A stretch of DNA of 64,000 bases from Azolla caroliniana. Lineage: Eukaryota > Plantae > Polypodiophyta. The translations under genes and the position numbers were made by a program. This document shows positions 1-12,681 of the stretch, in pieces; positions within the stretch are counted from its first letter, which is position 1; each line of letters starts with the position of its first letter. The notes beneath the pieces are model-generated. The model did no database searches. It saw only the letters and a program-made list of their open reading frames with translations, and was not told where the DNA came from. The stretch is from contig JBHGNT010000017.1 in assembly GCA_043228905.1 (NCBI GenBank), positions 16,058,001-16,122,000 of the forward strand, read 5' to 3'.

Positions 1-2264
1 CGCTTTGTTTTACAAATATTGCATGACAAACAATTTTACGCGAAGATCTCAAAATGTGAGTTCTTCAAGAAATCAATTACTTATCTTGGACATCTCATAA
101 CCGAAAGAGGAGTTGAAATTGATCCTTCTCGCATCGAGAAAATCAAGCTTTGGCCCACTCTTCGGAATATTCGAGAAGTTCGATCATTCCTTGGTTTTGT
201 CGGATTTTTGCGAAAATCTCTTCGTAATTACTCACAATTGACGACGCCGTTTACTGATCTTCTAAAAGGTCAAACGCGTAAGTCTACAAAACCTATTGTG
301 TGGAATGCTACACTAGACCTCGCCTTTAAGGAACTCAAGGACTTGGTATGCAAGGCTCCTTCACTTCTTTTACCCGATCCTTCAAAACCTTTTGAGGTTG
401 AAACCGACGCAAGCGATTATGCTATAGGTGCTGTCTTGTATCAAGATGGTAAACCAATAGCATTCGAGAGTAAGAAACTTGATTCTGCTCAATGTCGGTA
501 TACCGTTCAAGAAAAGGAATTATTTGCGGTTATACATGCGCTCAAAACATGGCGCCATTATCTTTATGGAAATCACTTTGTGGTAACTACGGACCACGAG
601 TCCTTGAAATATTTTTGTGACCAACAAGACCTGAAAGGTCGTAAGGCACGATGGGCTGATCTCATCCAGGACTTTGATTTTTCCATACGATATCGTAAAG
701 GTTCCATGAATACTGTCGCTGATGCACTAAGTCGCATCCGTGAAGTTAACATGCTTAGCTTCACTGAAATAACATCAGATCTTTATGATCACCTTCGAGG
801 AAAGTATCCTGATGACAATTATTTTGCAAAATACTGGGCAAGAGTCGAGTCTGGAACAGACACCACCACACCCTCGAAGGAATACTTCCACATTGCTAAC
901 GGTCTGCTCTACCGTAATGGGAAGGTTTGTGTTCCAGATTTACCTGAGGTCAAAAAGAGAATTCTTTTTGAATGCCATGATGCACCCTCAGCAGGGCACC
1001 CTGGAATACATCGTACACTCGTTCTCATCTCCACTCAATTTTATTGGCCTAAGATGCGTCCTGACATACATAGCTATGTGACTAAATGTCACCAATGTCA
1101 GGTTAACAAAGCCGAGCGACTTAAAGCCGCAGGACTTTTACATCCCTTGGACATTCCCAATAATAAGTGGGAAAGTATATCCATGGATTTTATTGTTAGC
1201 CTTCCTCGCACCCAAAAAGGTCATGATGCCATATGGGTTGTGGTTGACAGACTAACTAAAATGGCCAGATTTATTGCTACTAAAACCACGGTAACAGCTC
1301 CTGAATTGGCTTACCAATTCGTTGATGAGTTATTTCGTTTTTACGGGTTACCGATGGATATCGTGAGTGACCGAGATCCGAAGTTTACTAGTGACTTCTG
1401 GACGCAAGTCTTTAAGAAGTTAGAAACTACGTTGAGCATGAGCTCCACGGATCATCCTCAATCCGATGGACAGACAGAACGAGTAAATCAAATTATTGAG
1501 GACATGCTTCGAGCATACGTTGGTGCAAAACCAACAAAATGGGAACGTTACCTCCCAATTTTGGAGTTTGCTTATAACAGCTCCAAACATACGTGGACGG
1601 GATATAGTCCTTTTATGTTGATGTATGGATTTTAGCCACGAGCCCGATTGATGTTAATATACATCATGATGAGTTGCGAAGTACGCAAAACTTTCTTCGG
1701 GATATGCAAGATATGTTGCATATTGCACGGGATAATATAAAAACAGCTCAAGATAGAGCGCGTTTTTATGCCGATCATCACAGGCAACCTCGTGTATTCA
1801 GCCCTGGACAGAAGGTATTTTTACGTGTACCTCACAATTCTAAGACATTGTCTACGGGTAAGTGCGCTAAGTTAGCCCCACGGTTTTGTGGACCTTTTAC
1901 AGTACTCAAACGCATTGGATCATCAGCCTATCGTCTCGCTCTTCCCGATGGTGTTGGAATCCATCCAGTCTTTCATGTAAGTCGTCTAAAAGAACTTCTA
2001 GGTTCTGGCGACAATACAGTTACAACTGAAACTCTGGTTACTTCTGAAGATTTATCTTCTAAACCACATGTACCAGAAAGAATTCTCGATGTTAAAACAA
2101 AAAAATTACGTGCTAAGGAAATCCGAGAATTTAAAATAAAATGGATGGATAAATCAATCAAAGATGCCACATGGGAACGCGAAACGACTCTAAGAACTAA
2201 CTTCCCTAACTTTCCATTGCAAGAGTGCAATGTTTTAAAGAGGGGGAGTATGTTACGGGCATGA
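1..2264 (+). pseudogene. pol (RT-RNaseH-integrase-chromodomain), disrupted
   Basis: ORFs 19..1635 and 1674..2264 are separated by a TAG at 1633-1635 and a frameshift in the integrase (expected GFQPRAP). Confidence 0.9.
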
Positions 2265-2715
2265 CCATATAATATCCCGTGGTGAGAATTGTCGTAGTAT
2301 TCTATACACGTGGATAAGTGTGAGGGTTAAACAAAGAGTCTAAAGAAGGGGAGGATTACTTTTAATCCTCGGGATTGAGACAACCCATGAGGCCAAGTGT
2401 GAACATGGCTGGGGGCCTTGAGAATTACTATAAATAAGAGGCCTAGCTACCCTCATTTGGGCATGCATTGACTACGTCGAGACTCTGTCCGTGAGTGGAA
2501 CGACTCTTGTAGCAAGCGCGCTATCGTCCAGGTACGACTCGACGCCAAGGCGGTGGTATGGGACGCCGATCGAGGCTCGAGTCCGTCTCGATCCCTTCGC
2601 TCGGGGGTGGTCGGGTGGATCGGCACCCTTCTTTCTCTCTTTTCTCTCTATTCTTTCTAGATCTATCATTGATATATCCTTAATTTATGCTTACTTTAGT
2701 ACCTAATCTCTAATA
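2251..2715 (+). repeat. LTR of family A (465 bp, TGTTA...TAATA)
   Basis: Four near-identical copies in the window; follows the PPT; contains TATAAATA. Confidence 0.95.
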
Positions 2716-2875
2716 GCTAACTTAGTGCACTTGCCCTTTCCAAGGTACTAGTCATCCTAATATCGTGGGACGTCAGTGGTAAGCTAGCTATGTCTTGATC
2801 ATAGCTCATGGGTGGTCGGGTGGATCAGGTTCTTCTATCCAATCTATTCATCTTTCGTTTATTTTACTCTTAACA
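2716..2875 (+). repeat. 3' part of an older, related LTR into which A1 inserted
   Basis: Shares GGGTGGTCGGGTGGATC with the family A LTR and ends in TTAACA. Confidence 0.45.
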
Positions 2876-4140
2876 AGCATTCCTAGATATCGGGACTAAT
2901 TCTTAATTCATGGACAAAGATTTTGCTCTACTTCATTAGGAAAATCTAAGAAAATTTCCTTGCCCAACTTCTATAGTAGTCATTGATGGATGTCCCATTG
3001 TTCCGGGAAATATGGTAGAAGAGTACTAGTCAATTTGTGTTATATTAGATAATTTGGCATGTGTAATATCCTTTAACATAAATTAGTAGCCCTGAATATC
3101 CAATTGTTTTGGGGTTGCCATGGTTTGAACTACATAACGCTAAATCGACTAGAGAAAGTGAGAAAATCAAGTATTGTCAACAAGATAATATGAAATCTAA
3201 AGCATACAATATTTATAGAACAAGATATTCAATCTTGTTGGATTTCAACTATTTCACTACAATAATTATGCAAGGAAGGACGAACAGAACGAATGTTCTT
3301 ATTTGTAGTATTAGTGAAGCCTTCCAATATCATTGAAGGAAAATAAGAAATTCAACTTCCAAAAAAGTATGAGATTATGTAGTTGTTTTTGACAATGTAA
3401 AAGCTAATACACTATGGGAACATTGACCATATGATTGTCCCATTGATTTACAACCAAGAAAGGGGCCACTATGGAAACCGTAGTACAATTTGTCACCAAT
3501 TGAGCTTGAAGTTCTTCGAACATACATTAAGGAAAACTTGGCAAATGGATTTATTTGATGCTTGAAATATCCAATTGGTGCACCCATTTTCTTTGTAAAG
3601 AAGAAAGACAATTCACTTGGTCTAGTTGTGGATTACCGGGGTTTGAATAAAATTACTATTAGGAACATGTATGCACTCCCCTTAATCTTTAGTCTCTTAG
3701 AACAGATATAATGTGGCAAAATACTTTACAAAGATTGATTTTGAGGTGTATATAACCTTATACGCATTAGCCTGGGAGATGAGTGGAAGACAACTTTCTA
3801 TGCTCCATATGGTCATTTTGAGTATACAGTTATGACTTTTGGTTTTACAAATGTACCAACAATTTTTCAAAACATGGCTAATGAATCTCTTGGACATCTT
3901 CCTAATCATCTATTTGAATGATCTATTGATTTTGTTGGCATAAAAGGCTGACTCCACCCATTGTTGTGAAGGAATCTCTCTAGATCCAACTAAAGTTCAA
4001 ATAATGTTGAATTGGGAAACTCCACGATCGGTGCGAAATGTGGAACATTTTCTAGAATTGACAAATTCATACAAGATTACTCAAAACTGATTTTGCCTCT
4101 CACACAACTGACAAGGAAAAAGCAACCATTTCTTTGGTCT
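2876..4140 (+). pseudogene. Degenerate chromovirus protease/RT remnant
   Basis: Broken motifs [38 protein letters not shown] with many stops and indels. Confidence 0.8.
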
Positions 4141-4463
4141 ATTATGATATGGCCTTACAGAATATTTGAACCAAGTGACTTTATGTTAAACGGGTTGAGG
4201 CCTTACCCTTAAGATAAATATTGTAATACATAAAATATATAATAATAATAAGAATAAGAATAATTTTATCTAATTCTAGAACTTTCTAGAATAATCTAGA
4301 AAATTCATAATTTACGTTTTTCGATGAAAACATGTTCAATGTCTCCAATCCTGCTTGGCTTGATCAACTCTTCCTTGAAGGCCAAGAGGCCATCCACATC
4401 TTAACCAATTCAATTGTCCAAGGGAAGCTCAGTGAGTGGGGAAGCATTGAAGTAAAGCCCACT

Positions 4464-5125
4464 TGTTAGGAAACAGATCCCTCCGGATGGGAAGTGAGAA
4501 GAACAGTGTTGATGAGCAACTCTGTCGAGGCCGAATCTAGATGTGGAGTACCTGGCAACGGAAGACCCGGTGAGAACCGGATGACGAGTACCCGGCAACG
4601 GAAGACCCGGTGAGAACCAGATGTTGCAGGCCCGGTGAGAACCTCTCATTGGATGGAAGGGACATATATGTAAATATGTTCCAGAGAGCCCACTGAGGCT
4701 ATATTTGTAAATAGCCAGAAAGTCATATTAGTATAAATATGACCTAGGGCAAACTTAATAGTAATGATGTAGAGTTGATTGTGTTATTATCGTTGTGGCG
4801 ATAATTCAGAGTGTAACTGCGTACAGAGAAGAGAGAGAGAGAGAGGAAGAGGTTGTTGCCTCTATTGTAACCGCTTGGTGGCGAAGCGAGGGAGCAAGAG
4901 GTCGTTGCCTCTGTGCCCCATTGTTGTAATCTTGATATAGTGATATTTTGCAGTTTGAGGGCTGCCGTGGTTTTTCCTAGATTTGGGTTTTCCATGTTAA
5001 CATCCAGTGCACTCTCTTCTTTACTGTTTCGTGTGTAGATAAATCTCACCACATCCCTGTTTTTTGTGCTTGATCCGACGTCTCAGTTGTGGCCGAACAT
5101 AGCTTAGGAAACCGTATTCCTATCA
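4464..5125 (+). repeat. 5' LTR of copia C (about 662 bp)
   Basis: TGTTAGG...TATCA followed by PBS; similar to the solo LTR at 55960..56724 in reverse orientation. Confidence 0.8.
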
Positions 5126-5128
5126 ATC

Positions 5129-5140
5129 TGGTATCAGAGC
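5129..5140 (+). promoter_or_regulatory. PBS (tRNA-iMet) of copia C
   Basis: TGGTATCAGAGC 3 nt after the LTR end. Confidence 0.9.
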
Positions 5141-5598
5141 GAAACGACACAGAAAAACGGACAATTCGTTGGGAGGCATGTTCAAGCTCACCGGCTCCAA
5201 CTATTCAGTGTGGAAGTCGAAGATGAGCCTTAGGGACATGCTCGTGGTTAAAGATCTTTGGTTGCCGGTTCAGTTCGGGGACAAGAGACCGGACAAAATC
5301 GATGCCACGATATGGGAGGTGATGCACATGAAGACAACGGCGTACATACGGTGCTTCATCGACATGAGTCTATACAACAACTTCAATGAAGAGAGAAAGG
5401 CTCATGAGCTCTAGGAGAAGATCGACATTATGTTTCAGAACAAAAATGCTATTAATCAGGTTTCGGTATTTTAGAAGCTAGTAAGACTCCGGTACCAAGA
5501 TGGCTCCAGCATGGCGGAGCACATGAATGCATTCCAGGGGTTGATACACCAGGAAACATCATTAGAAGTACCTCTCGCCGATGAGGTACTAGCACTAC

Positions 5599-6063
5599 TG
5601 TTACGGGCATGACCATATAATATCCCGTGGTGAGAATTGTCGTAGTATTCTATACACGTGGATAAGTGTGAGGGTTAAACAAAGAGTCTAAAGAAGGGGA
5701 GGATTACTTTTAATCCTCGGGATTGAGACAACCCATGAGGCCAAGTGTGAACATGGCTGGGGGCCTTGAGAATTACTATAAATAAGAGGCCTAGCTACCC
5801 TCATTTAGGCATGCATTGACTACGTCGAGACTCTGTCCGTGAGTGGAACGACTCTTGTAGCAAGCGCGCTATCGTCCAGGTACGACTCGACGCCAAGGCG
5901 GTGGTATGGGACGCCGATCGAGGCTCGAGTCCGTCTCGATCCCTTCGCTCGGGGGTGGTCAGGTGGATCGGCACCCTTCTTTCTCTCTTTTCTCTCTATT
6001 CTTTCTAGATCTATCATTGATATATCCTTATTTTATGCTTACTTTAGTACCTAATCTCTAATA
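5599..6063 (+). repeat. 5' LTR of A2
   Basis: 465 bp copy followed by TT and PBS TGGTATCAGAGCC (6066..6078). Confidence 0.95.
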
Positions 6064-6322
6064 TTTGGTATCAGAGCCTATGTACTAACGTTTCTTTTGG
6101 TTTTCTTTTTGTCTTCGCGTGGGATGGCGATTGATCGTTGTGCGGTCGCCTTCATGCAGACAAGGATTAGCGAAAGAACTTCGGTAAATTTTCCTTAATT
6201 TTTTATCTAATTTTTCTTCTCCCTTCTATACATGTGTATACTTAATATGTAGTTTTTTTTTCATATATTCAATGATGTTGACGTGGTATTTAATTGGTTA
6301 TCTTAAACGTTTACATATGTCC

Positions 6323-6566
6323 ACGAGGTCAATACCTCGTTTGACATATAAATCATATGTGATGAGTGTCGTATGCGTACGAGGTTATTACCTCAATTGC
6401 GTATTACGTTCACGAACATATGTTACGTTCGCGTACGAGGTCAATACCTCGCTTCATTCGAAATGATATGCGTTGGATTTACTATGCGTAAGAGGTCAAT
6501 ACCTCAATTGCGAATTACGCTTAACCTTATTTTTGGATGTTTCGTGTGCGTAGAGGTATATGCCTC
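6323..6566 (+). repeat. Array of five GAGGT-N4-ACCTC hairpins in the 5' leader
   Basis: Motif starts at 6325, 6381, 6437, 6492 and 6553 (period 55-61 nt; last copy imperfect). Confidence 0.85.
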
Positions 6567-7762
6567 GATTACGTATCCCGAATACATCATTGTTGGCTAT
6601 ATAAAAAAAACGATTCATTTAGTATACGCATATGTGGTCACTTATATACGTCTCTGATCGTATATATGTGATATATTGACATATGTGTATATTTTAGATT
6701 ACGTGATTCATATCAAATGTTTTCCTAATTGGGGAGAGGATTTTGGTGGCCGTCCTCACATTTTTGTGAGAATGGCGTTGTCACCATCCCTTTTATCAAC
6801 AATTTTTATTGTTGAAATTCCCGTTGGTCACTTTGATCTTTCGTTACGTAACGAACCTCGTATAGCCAAAATGATGTTGAATACGTCGGGCTTGATCCAC
6901 ATCAAGTAGGGTCGCTCTAATGACACACGTATCCAACATCTCCCCTCGTTACATGGATACGATGCCACCATGAGCTCGTTCTTACGAGCGCCATTCGTAA
7001 TGACGTGACCATGTGATGGGCCACATGAGCCTACGAAGACACAAGGGCTCATTCGGCTTGACCATTAGGTTACACTTTGGCATATGCCATTGTACTTACG
7101 AGGCTTGAGGGTAGGTAGCGTACAACCATAGTGGGTAATAAATGATGGAGAAATAAGGCCACTTGACCTATATGTTTCTTTTAAAAAAAACATATAGGGG
7201 CAAATGCCTCGCATATCTCGAATACGCCTCAAACATTAAACATTCAAGACGCGCAATCTACTTGGTTGGCTCAAGTGTTTAATGTATTTGTCCTCGAGGT
7301 CTCGAGTTCAAATATGACCAACACCATACAACATCGTTGATACATATGACTATAATACATGTTTAGACTTTAGGTCTAAGTGCACTTCGGGGTCCTCGTA
7401 ATAGGACTTAAAGAGCCGAAACCACATATGTGGGCACAGAAACATAGTTATTGTTAACATTTTTTTTCGTGTATAAACTATTCATGACGCGAACATACAT
7501 GGTTGAGCCTCGGGGAGCCGCCATGAAAAAAATCGATATAGAGATCAGGGAAAGGCATTCATTTGTCACCCCCATGGTTTTTAAAACACCTCTGTGTTAC
7601 CATAGTAACCTGATCTTGAACCTCATCTCATACGTCTAGAGGGGTATTGACGTGAGATCATGATATCGATTAATGTTTGCCCATGATATGTTTACACCAC
7701 GACAAGATGTTATGACTATTTGTCTGACCTTATCTTATTTCTTTGCCAGAAATAATCATTCA

Positions 7763-8533
7763 ATGGCTCAGAATAACGACCCGATGCCCTCCGCTCAAGC
7801 GGAAAGACCTCAAGGAAATCCTCCTGGGACAATGTCCATTGAGGCGTATATTTTACAAGTACAACATTTCCTTAGTTCAACCGCGCAGCAGTTGACCGAA
7901 TTTCGGCAATCTCAAAGTGCTCTCGAGGCACAAGTCATTAGTCTCCAAAATGAGATTAATAGACCTGATGAGCGTCAGGGTGAACCATCATTTGTCGTAA
8001 AGCCATTTACGGGAGATAAAAAGGAAAGAACCGAAGAAGCAATCTGCACGTGGCTGGGCCGATGGGAGTCTCATTTTGAGCTCTATCCCACGCCAGATAG
8101 TACGAAGATTGCATATGTCGGGCGAGAACTAGGGGGTAAGGCCGCCGCTTGGTGGCGTGGGCTCCGAACTTTGGGGAGATTGCCCGAGACCTGGACAGAC
8201 TTTGTCACAGTTTTCAAGGGTCAATTTCTACAACCTCCCTCTCGAACCGAGGCAGCACAAGCTTTAATGAACCTCTCTAGCAGGAAGTTTTCCTCGCTAG
8301 AAGATTATGTCCACCATGCTAGAACCCAAATCCAAAAATCGGGTCTAGAAGGGGACAATTGGTTAATAGCTTGTTTTGTCAATGGCATCCCCAATTCGGA
8401 CTATCACTGGATAGTGCACGATAAGGATCCAAAATCCTTCGAAGAGGCCGTTGAGATAGTTCTTCGCTATCAACGCACTTCGAAGAAGGACCATAACAAA
8501 CCCAACGAAGCGCCCGGTATGTTACGGGCATGA
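7763..8533 (+). CDS. Retrotransposon Gag, C-terminally truncated and read into the middle LTR
   Basis: Retrotrans_gag-type motifs (LGGKAAAWW, TWTDFVTVFKGQF, FVNGI); no zinc knuckle; ends GMLRA* inside the LTR. Confidence 0.85.
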   Translation: MAQNNDPMPSAQAERPQGNPPGTMSIEAYILQVQHFLSSTAQQLTEFRQSQSALEAQVISLQNEINRPDERQGEPSFVVKPFTGDKKERTEEAICTWLGRWESHFELYPTPDSTKIAYVGRELGGKAAAWWRGLRTLGRLPETWTDFVTVFKGQFLQPPSRTEAAQALMNLSSRKFSSLEDYVHHARTQIQKSGLEGDNWLIACFVNGIPNSDYHWIVHDKDPKSFEEAVEIVLRYQRTSKKDHNKPNEAPGMLRA

Positions 8534-8984
8534 CCATATAATATCCCGTGGTGAGAATTGTCGTAGTATTCTATACACGTGGATAAGTGTGAGGGTTAAA
8601 CAAAGAGTCTAAAGAAGGGGAGGATTACTTTTAATCCTCGGGATTGAGACAACCCATGAGGCCAAGTGTGAACATGGCTGGGGGCCTTGAGAATTACTAT
8701 AAATAAGAGGCCTAGCTACCCTCATTTGGGCATGCATTGACTACGTCGAGACTCTGTCCGTGAGTGGAACGACTCTTGTAGCAAGCGCGCTATCGTCCGG
8801 GTACGACTCGACGCCAAGGCGGTGGTATGGGACGCCGATCGAGGCTCGAGTCCGTCTCGATCCCTTCGCTCGGGGGTGGTCGGGTGGATCGGCACCCTTC
8901 TTTCTCTCTTTTCTCTCTATTCTTTCTAGATCTATCATTGATATATCCTTAATTTATGCTTACTTTAGTACCTAATCTCTAATA
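8520..8984 (+). repeat. Middle LTR of A2
   Basis: 465 bp copy, no PPT before it, PBS after it (8987..8999). Confidence 0.95.
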
Positions 8985-9016
8985 TTTGGTATCAGAGCCT
9001 ATGTACTAACGTTTCT

Positions 9017-11420
9017 TTTGGTTTGACCATTGCTCCGGCTACATTTCAACAAGAAATGAATGACATTTTCCGAGAACAACTTGGAAAATTTGTCGTTATC
9101 TTCTTAGATGATATTTTAGTTTATAGCCGTACATTACAAGAACATGCTAGACATGTCCGCTTTGTTTTACAAATATTGCATGACAAACAATTTTACGCGA
9201 AGATCTCAAAATGTGAGTTCTTCAAGAAATCAATTACTTATCTTGGACATCTCATAACCGAAAGAGGAGTTGAAATTGATCCTTCTCGCATCGAGAAAAT
9301 CAAGCTTTGGCCCACTCTTCGGAATATTCGAGAAGTTCGATCATTCCTTGGTTTTGTCGGATTTTTGCGAAAATCTCTTCGTAATTACTCACAATTGACG
9401 ACGCCGTTTACTGATCTTCTAAAAGGTCAAACGCGTAAGTCTACAAAACCTATTGTGTGGAATGCTACACTAGACCTCGCCTTTAAGGAACTCAAGGACT
9501 TGGTATGCAAGGCTCCTTCACTTCTTTTACCCGATCCTTCAAAACCTTTTGAGGTTGAAACCGACGCAAGCGATTATGCTATAGGTGCTGTCTTGTATCA
9601 AGATGGTAAACCAATAGCATTCGAGAGTAAGAAACTTGATTCTGCTCAATGTCGGTATACCGTTCAAGAAAAGGAATTATTTGCGGTTATACATGCGCTC
9701 AAAACATGGCGCCATTATCTTTATGGAAATCACTTTGTGGTAACTACGGACCACGAGTCCTTGAAATATTTTTGTGACCAACAAGACCTGAAAGGTCGTA
9801 AGGCACGATGGGCTGATCTCATCCAGGACTTTGATTTTTCCATACGATATCGTAAAGGTTCCATGAATACTGTCGCTGATGCACTAAGTCGCATCCGTGA
9901 AGTTAACATGCTTAGCTTCACTGAAATAACATCAGATCTTTATGATCACCTTCGAGGAAAGTATCCTGATGACAATTATTTTGCAAAATACTGGGCAAGA
10001 GTCGAGTCTGGAACAGACACCACCACACCCTCGAAGGAATACTTCCACATTGCTAACGGTCTGCTCTACCGTAATGGGAAGGTTTGTGTTCCAGATTTAC
10101 CTGAGGTCAAAAAGAGAATTCTTTTTGAATGCCATGATGCACCCTCAGCAGGGCACCCTGGAATACATCGTACACTCGTTCTCATCTCCACTCAATTTTA
10201 TTGGCCTAAGATGCGTCCTGACATACATAGCTATGTGACTAAATGTCACCAATGTCAGGTTAACAAAGCCGAGCGACTTAAAGCCGCAGGACTTTTACAT
10301 CCCTTGGACATTCCCAATAATAAGTGGGAAAGTATATCCATGGATTTTATTGTTAGCCTTCCTCGCACCCAAAAAGGTCATGATGCCATATGGGTTGTGG
10401 TTGACAGACTAACTAAAATGGCCAGATTTATTGCTACTAAAACCACGGTAACAGCTCCTGAATTGGCTTACCAATTCGTTGATGAGTTATTTCGTTTTTA
10501 CGGGTTACCGATGGATATCGTGAGTGACCGAGATCCGAAGTTTACTAGTGACTTCTGGACGCAAGTCTTTAAGAAGTTAGAAACTACGTTGAGCATGAGC
10601 TCCACGGATCATCCTCAATCCGATGGACAGACAGAACGAGTAAATCAAATTATAGAGGACATGCTTCGAGCATACGTTGGTGCAAAACCAACAAAATGGG
10701 AACGTTACCTCCCAATTTTGGAGTTTGCTTATAACAGCTCCAAACATACGTGGACGGGATATAGTCCTTTTATGTTGATGTATGGATTTTAGCCATGAGC
10801 CCGATTGATGTTAATATACATCATGATGAGTTGCGAAGTACGCAAAACTTTCTTCGGGATATGCAAGATATGTTGCATATTGCACGGGATAATATAAAAA
10901 CAGCTCAAGATAGAGCGCGTTTTTATGCCGATCATCACAGGCAACCTCGTGTATTCAGCCCTGGACAGAAGGTATTTTTACGTGTACCTCACAATTCTAA
11001 GACATTGTCTGCGGGTAAGTGCGCTAAGTTAGCCCCACGGTTTTGTGGACCTTTTACAGTCCTCAAACGCATTGGATCATCAGCCTATCGTCTCGCTCTT
11101 CCCGATGGTGTTGGAATCCATCCAGTCTTTCATGTAAGTCGTCTAAAAGAACTTCTAGGTTCTGGCGACAATACAGTTACAACTGAAACTCTGGTTACTT
11201 CTGAAGATTTATCTTCTAAACCACATGTACCAGAAAGAATTCTCGATGTTAAAACAAAAAAATTACGTGCTAAGGAAATCGAGAATTTAAAATAAAATGG
11301 ATGGATAAATCAATCAAAGATGCCACATGGGAACGCGAAACGACTCTAAGAACTAACTTCCCTAACTTTCCATTGCAAGAGTGCAATGTTTTAAAGAGGG
11401 GGAGTATGTTATGGGCATGA
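9017..11420 (+). pseudogene. 5'-truncated pol (RT from FGLT.APATFQ, RNase H, integrase, chromodomain)
   Basis: Starts about 18 nt after the PBS; stop at 10790-10792 plus frameshift as in A1, and an extra 1-bp deletion near 11280. Confidence 0.9.
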
Positions 11421-11871
11421 CCATATAATATCCCGTGGTGAGAATTGTCGTAGTATTCTATACACGTGGATAAGTGTGAGGGTTAAACAAAGAGTCTAAA
11501 GAAGGGGAGGATTACTTTTAATCCTCGGGATTGAGACAACCCATGAGGCCAAGTGTGAACATGGCTGGGGGCCTTGAGAATTACTATAAATAAGAGGCCT
11601 AGCTACCCTCATTTGGGCATGCATTGACTACGTCGAGACTCTGTCCGTGAGTGGAACGACTCTTGTAGCAAGCGCGCTATCGTCCAGGTACGACTCGACG
11701 CCAAGGCGGTGGTATGGGACGCCGATCGAGGCTCGAGTCCGTCTCGATCCCTTCGCTCGGGGGTGGTCGGGTGGATCGGCACCCTTCTTTCTCTCTTTTC
11801 TCTCTATTCTTTCTAGATCTATCATTGATATATCCTTATTTTATGCTTACTTTAGTACCTAATCTCTAATA
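11407..11871 (+). repeat. 3' LTR of A2
   Basis: Preceded by PPT AAAGAGGGGGAGTA, followed by ACTAT and copia gag. Confidence 0.95.
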
Positions 11872-12681
11872 ACTATTCCTGCTCGGTTCCCTCCCAGATA
11901 GTTGGGAGACGTTGGTCGTCACTTTGGGCAACGCCGGGCCGGAAGGGAAACGGTTATCCCTAGCAAGAGTGAAGTCGAGCTTGCGAGATGAGGAGGCGCG
12001 TCGGAGAGATAAGGATACGAGCTCCGACTCCAAAGCGCTCCTTACCGAATCAGAACGCGGAAGGCAAAGGAACTGTAGTCCCCAGAACCGGGAGAAGTCG
12101 GGGACACGATCAAAGTCAAGGGGGAGTCCTACCTGCTTCTATTGCGGCAAACCGGGACACTTCCAGAAGAACTGTCGGCACTTCCGAAAAGACAAGGAAA
12201 CCGATGGTACCGATTCGAAGCGGACACCGGACCGGAACGGTAAAGACCGAATGGGGACGGACCGGAAGGGAACGACGACAATCGCGGCAAGTGAAGAAGA
12301 GTTGATGCTCATCACCGAGGAGAGTGAGTTGAACCTTGCTGGTGATGAGACAACGTGGGTTGTTGATTCCAAAGTGTCATTCCACCTTACCCCGAACCGT
12401 AAATACTTCTCATCCTACACAACCAGTGATCACGGTTGTGTCCAGATGGGGAATGAAGGTACATGCCGAATTGTCGGCATAGGAGACGTGTGGTTGACAA
12501 CACCAACCGGATGCAAGCTGCTGCTGAAGGATGTCTGACACGTTCCGGAGGTTCGATTGAACCTGATATCAGCCAGTTGGCTAGATGATGAAGGCTACAC
12601 GGGTAGCATCCGGAACGGTGTTATGAAGTTCAGCAAAGGGAGCCTGATTGTGGCTCGGGCCTGGAAGGTCAACACGATGTA

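Larger units (their letters stand above)
1..2715 (+). mobile_element. Ty3/gypsy chromovirus family A, copy A1 (3' part; 5' end lies outside the window)
   Basis: RT C-terminus, RNase H (ETDASDYAIG), integrase (HPG..C..C, ISMDFI, DGQTER) and chromodomain-like tail, then PPT AAAGAGGGGGAG and LTR at 2251. Near-identical to 9158..11871. Confidence 0.95.
5599..11871 (+). mobile_element. Three-LTR chromovirus element A2 (LTR-PBS-leader-gag-LTR-PBS-truncated pol-PPT-LTR)
   Basis: LTRs at 5599, 8520 and 11407; one target-site duplication ACTAC/ACTAT around the whole unit, which splits the copia C gag frame. Confidence 0.93.

Noticed and set aside
2472-2706. 65-aa and 71-aa ORFs repeated four times
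   Set aside because: They are chance frames inside the family A LTR and recur only because the LTR does.
6323-6566. CRISPR-like array of palindromic repeats with spacers
   Set aside because: The core is only 14 nt, spacers resemble each other, there are no cas genes, and it lies in a plant retrotransposon leader.
1-11871. Simple 9.2-kb tandem or segmental duplication
   Set aside because: Similarity stops at the LTR edge and the flanks are unrelated.
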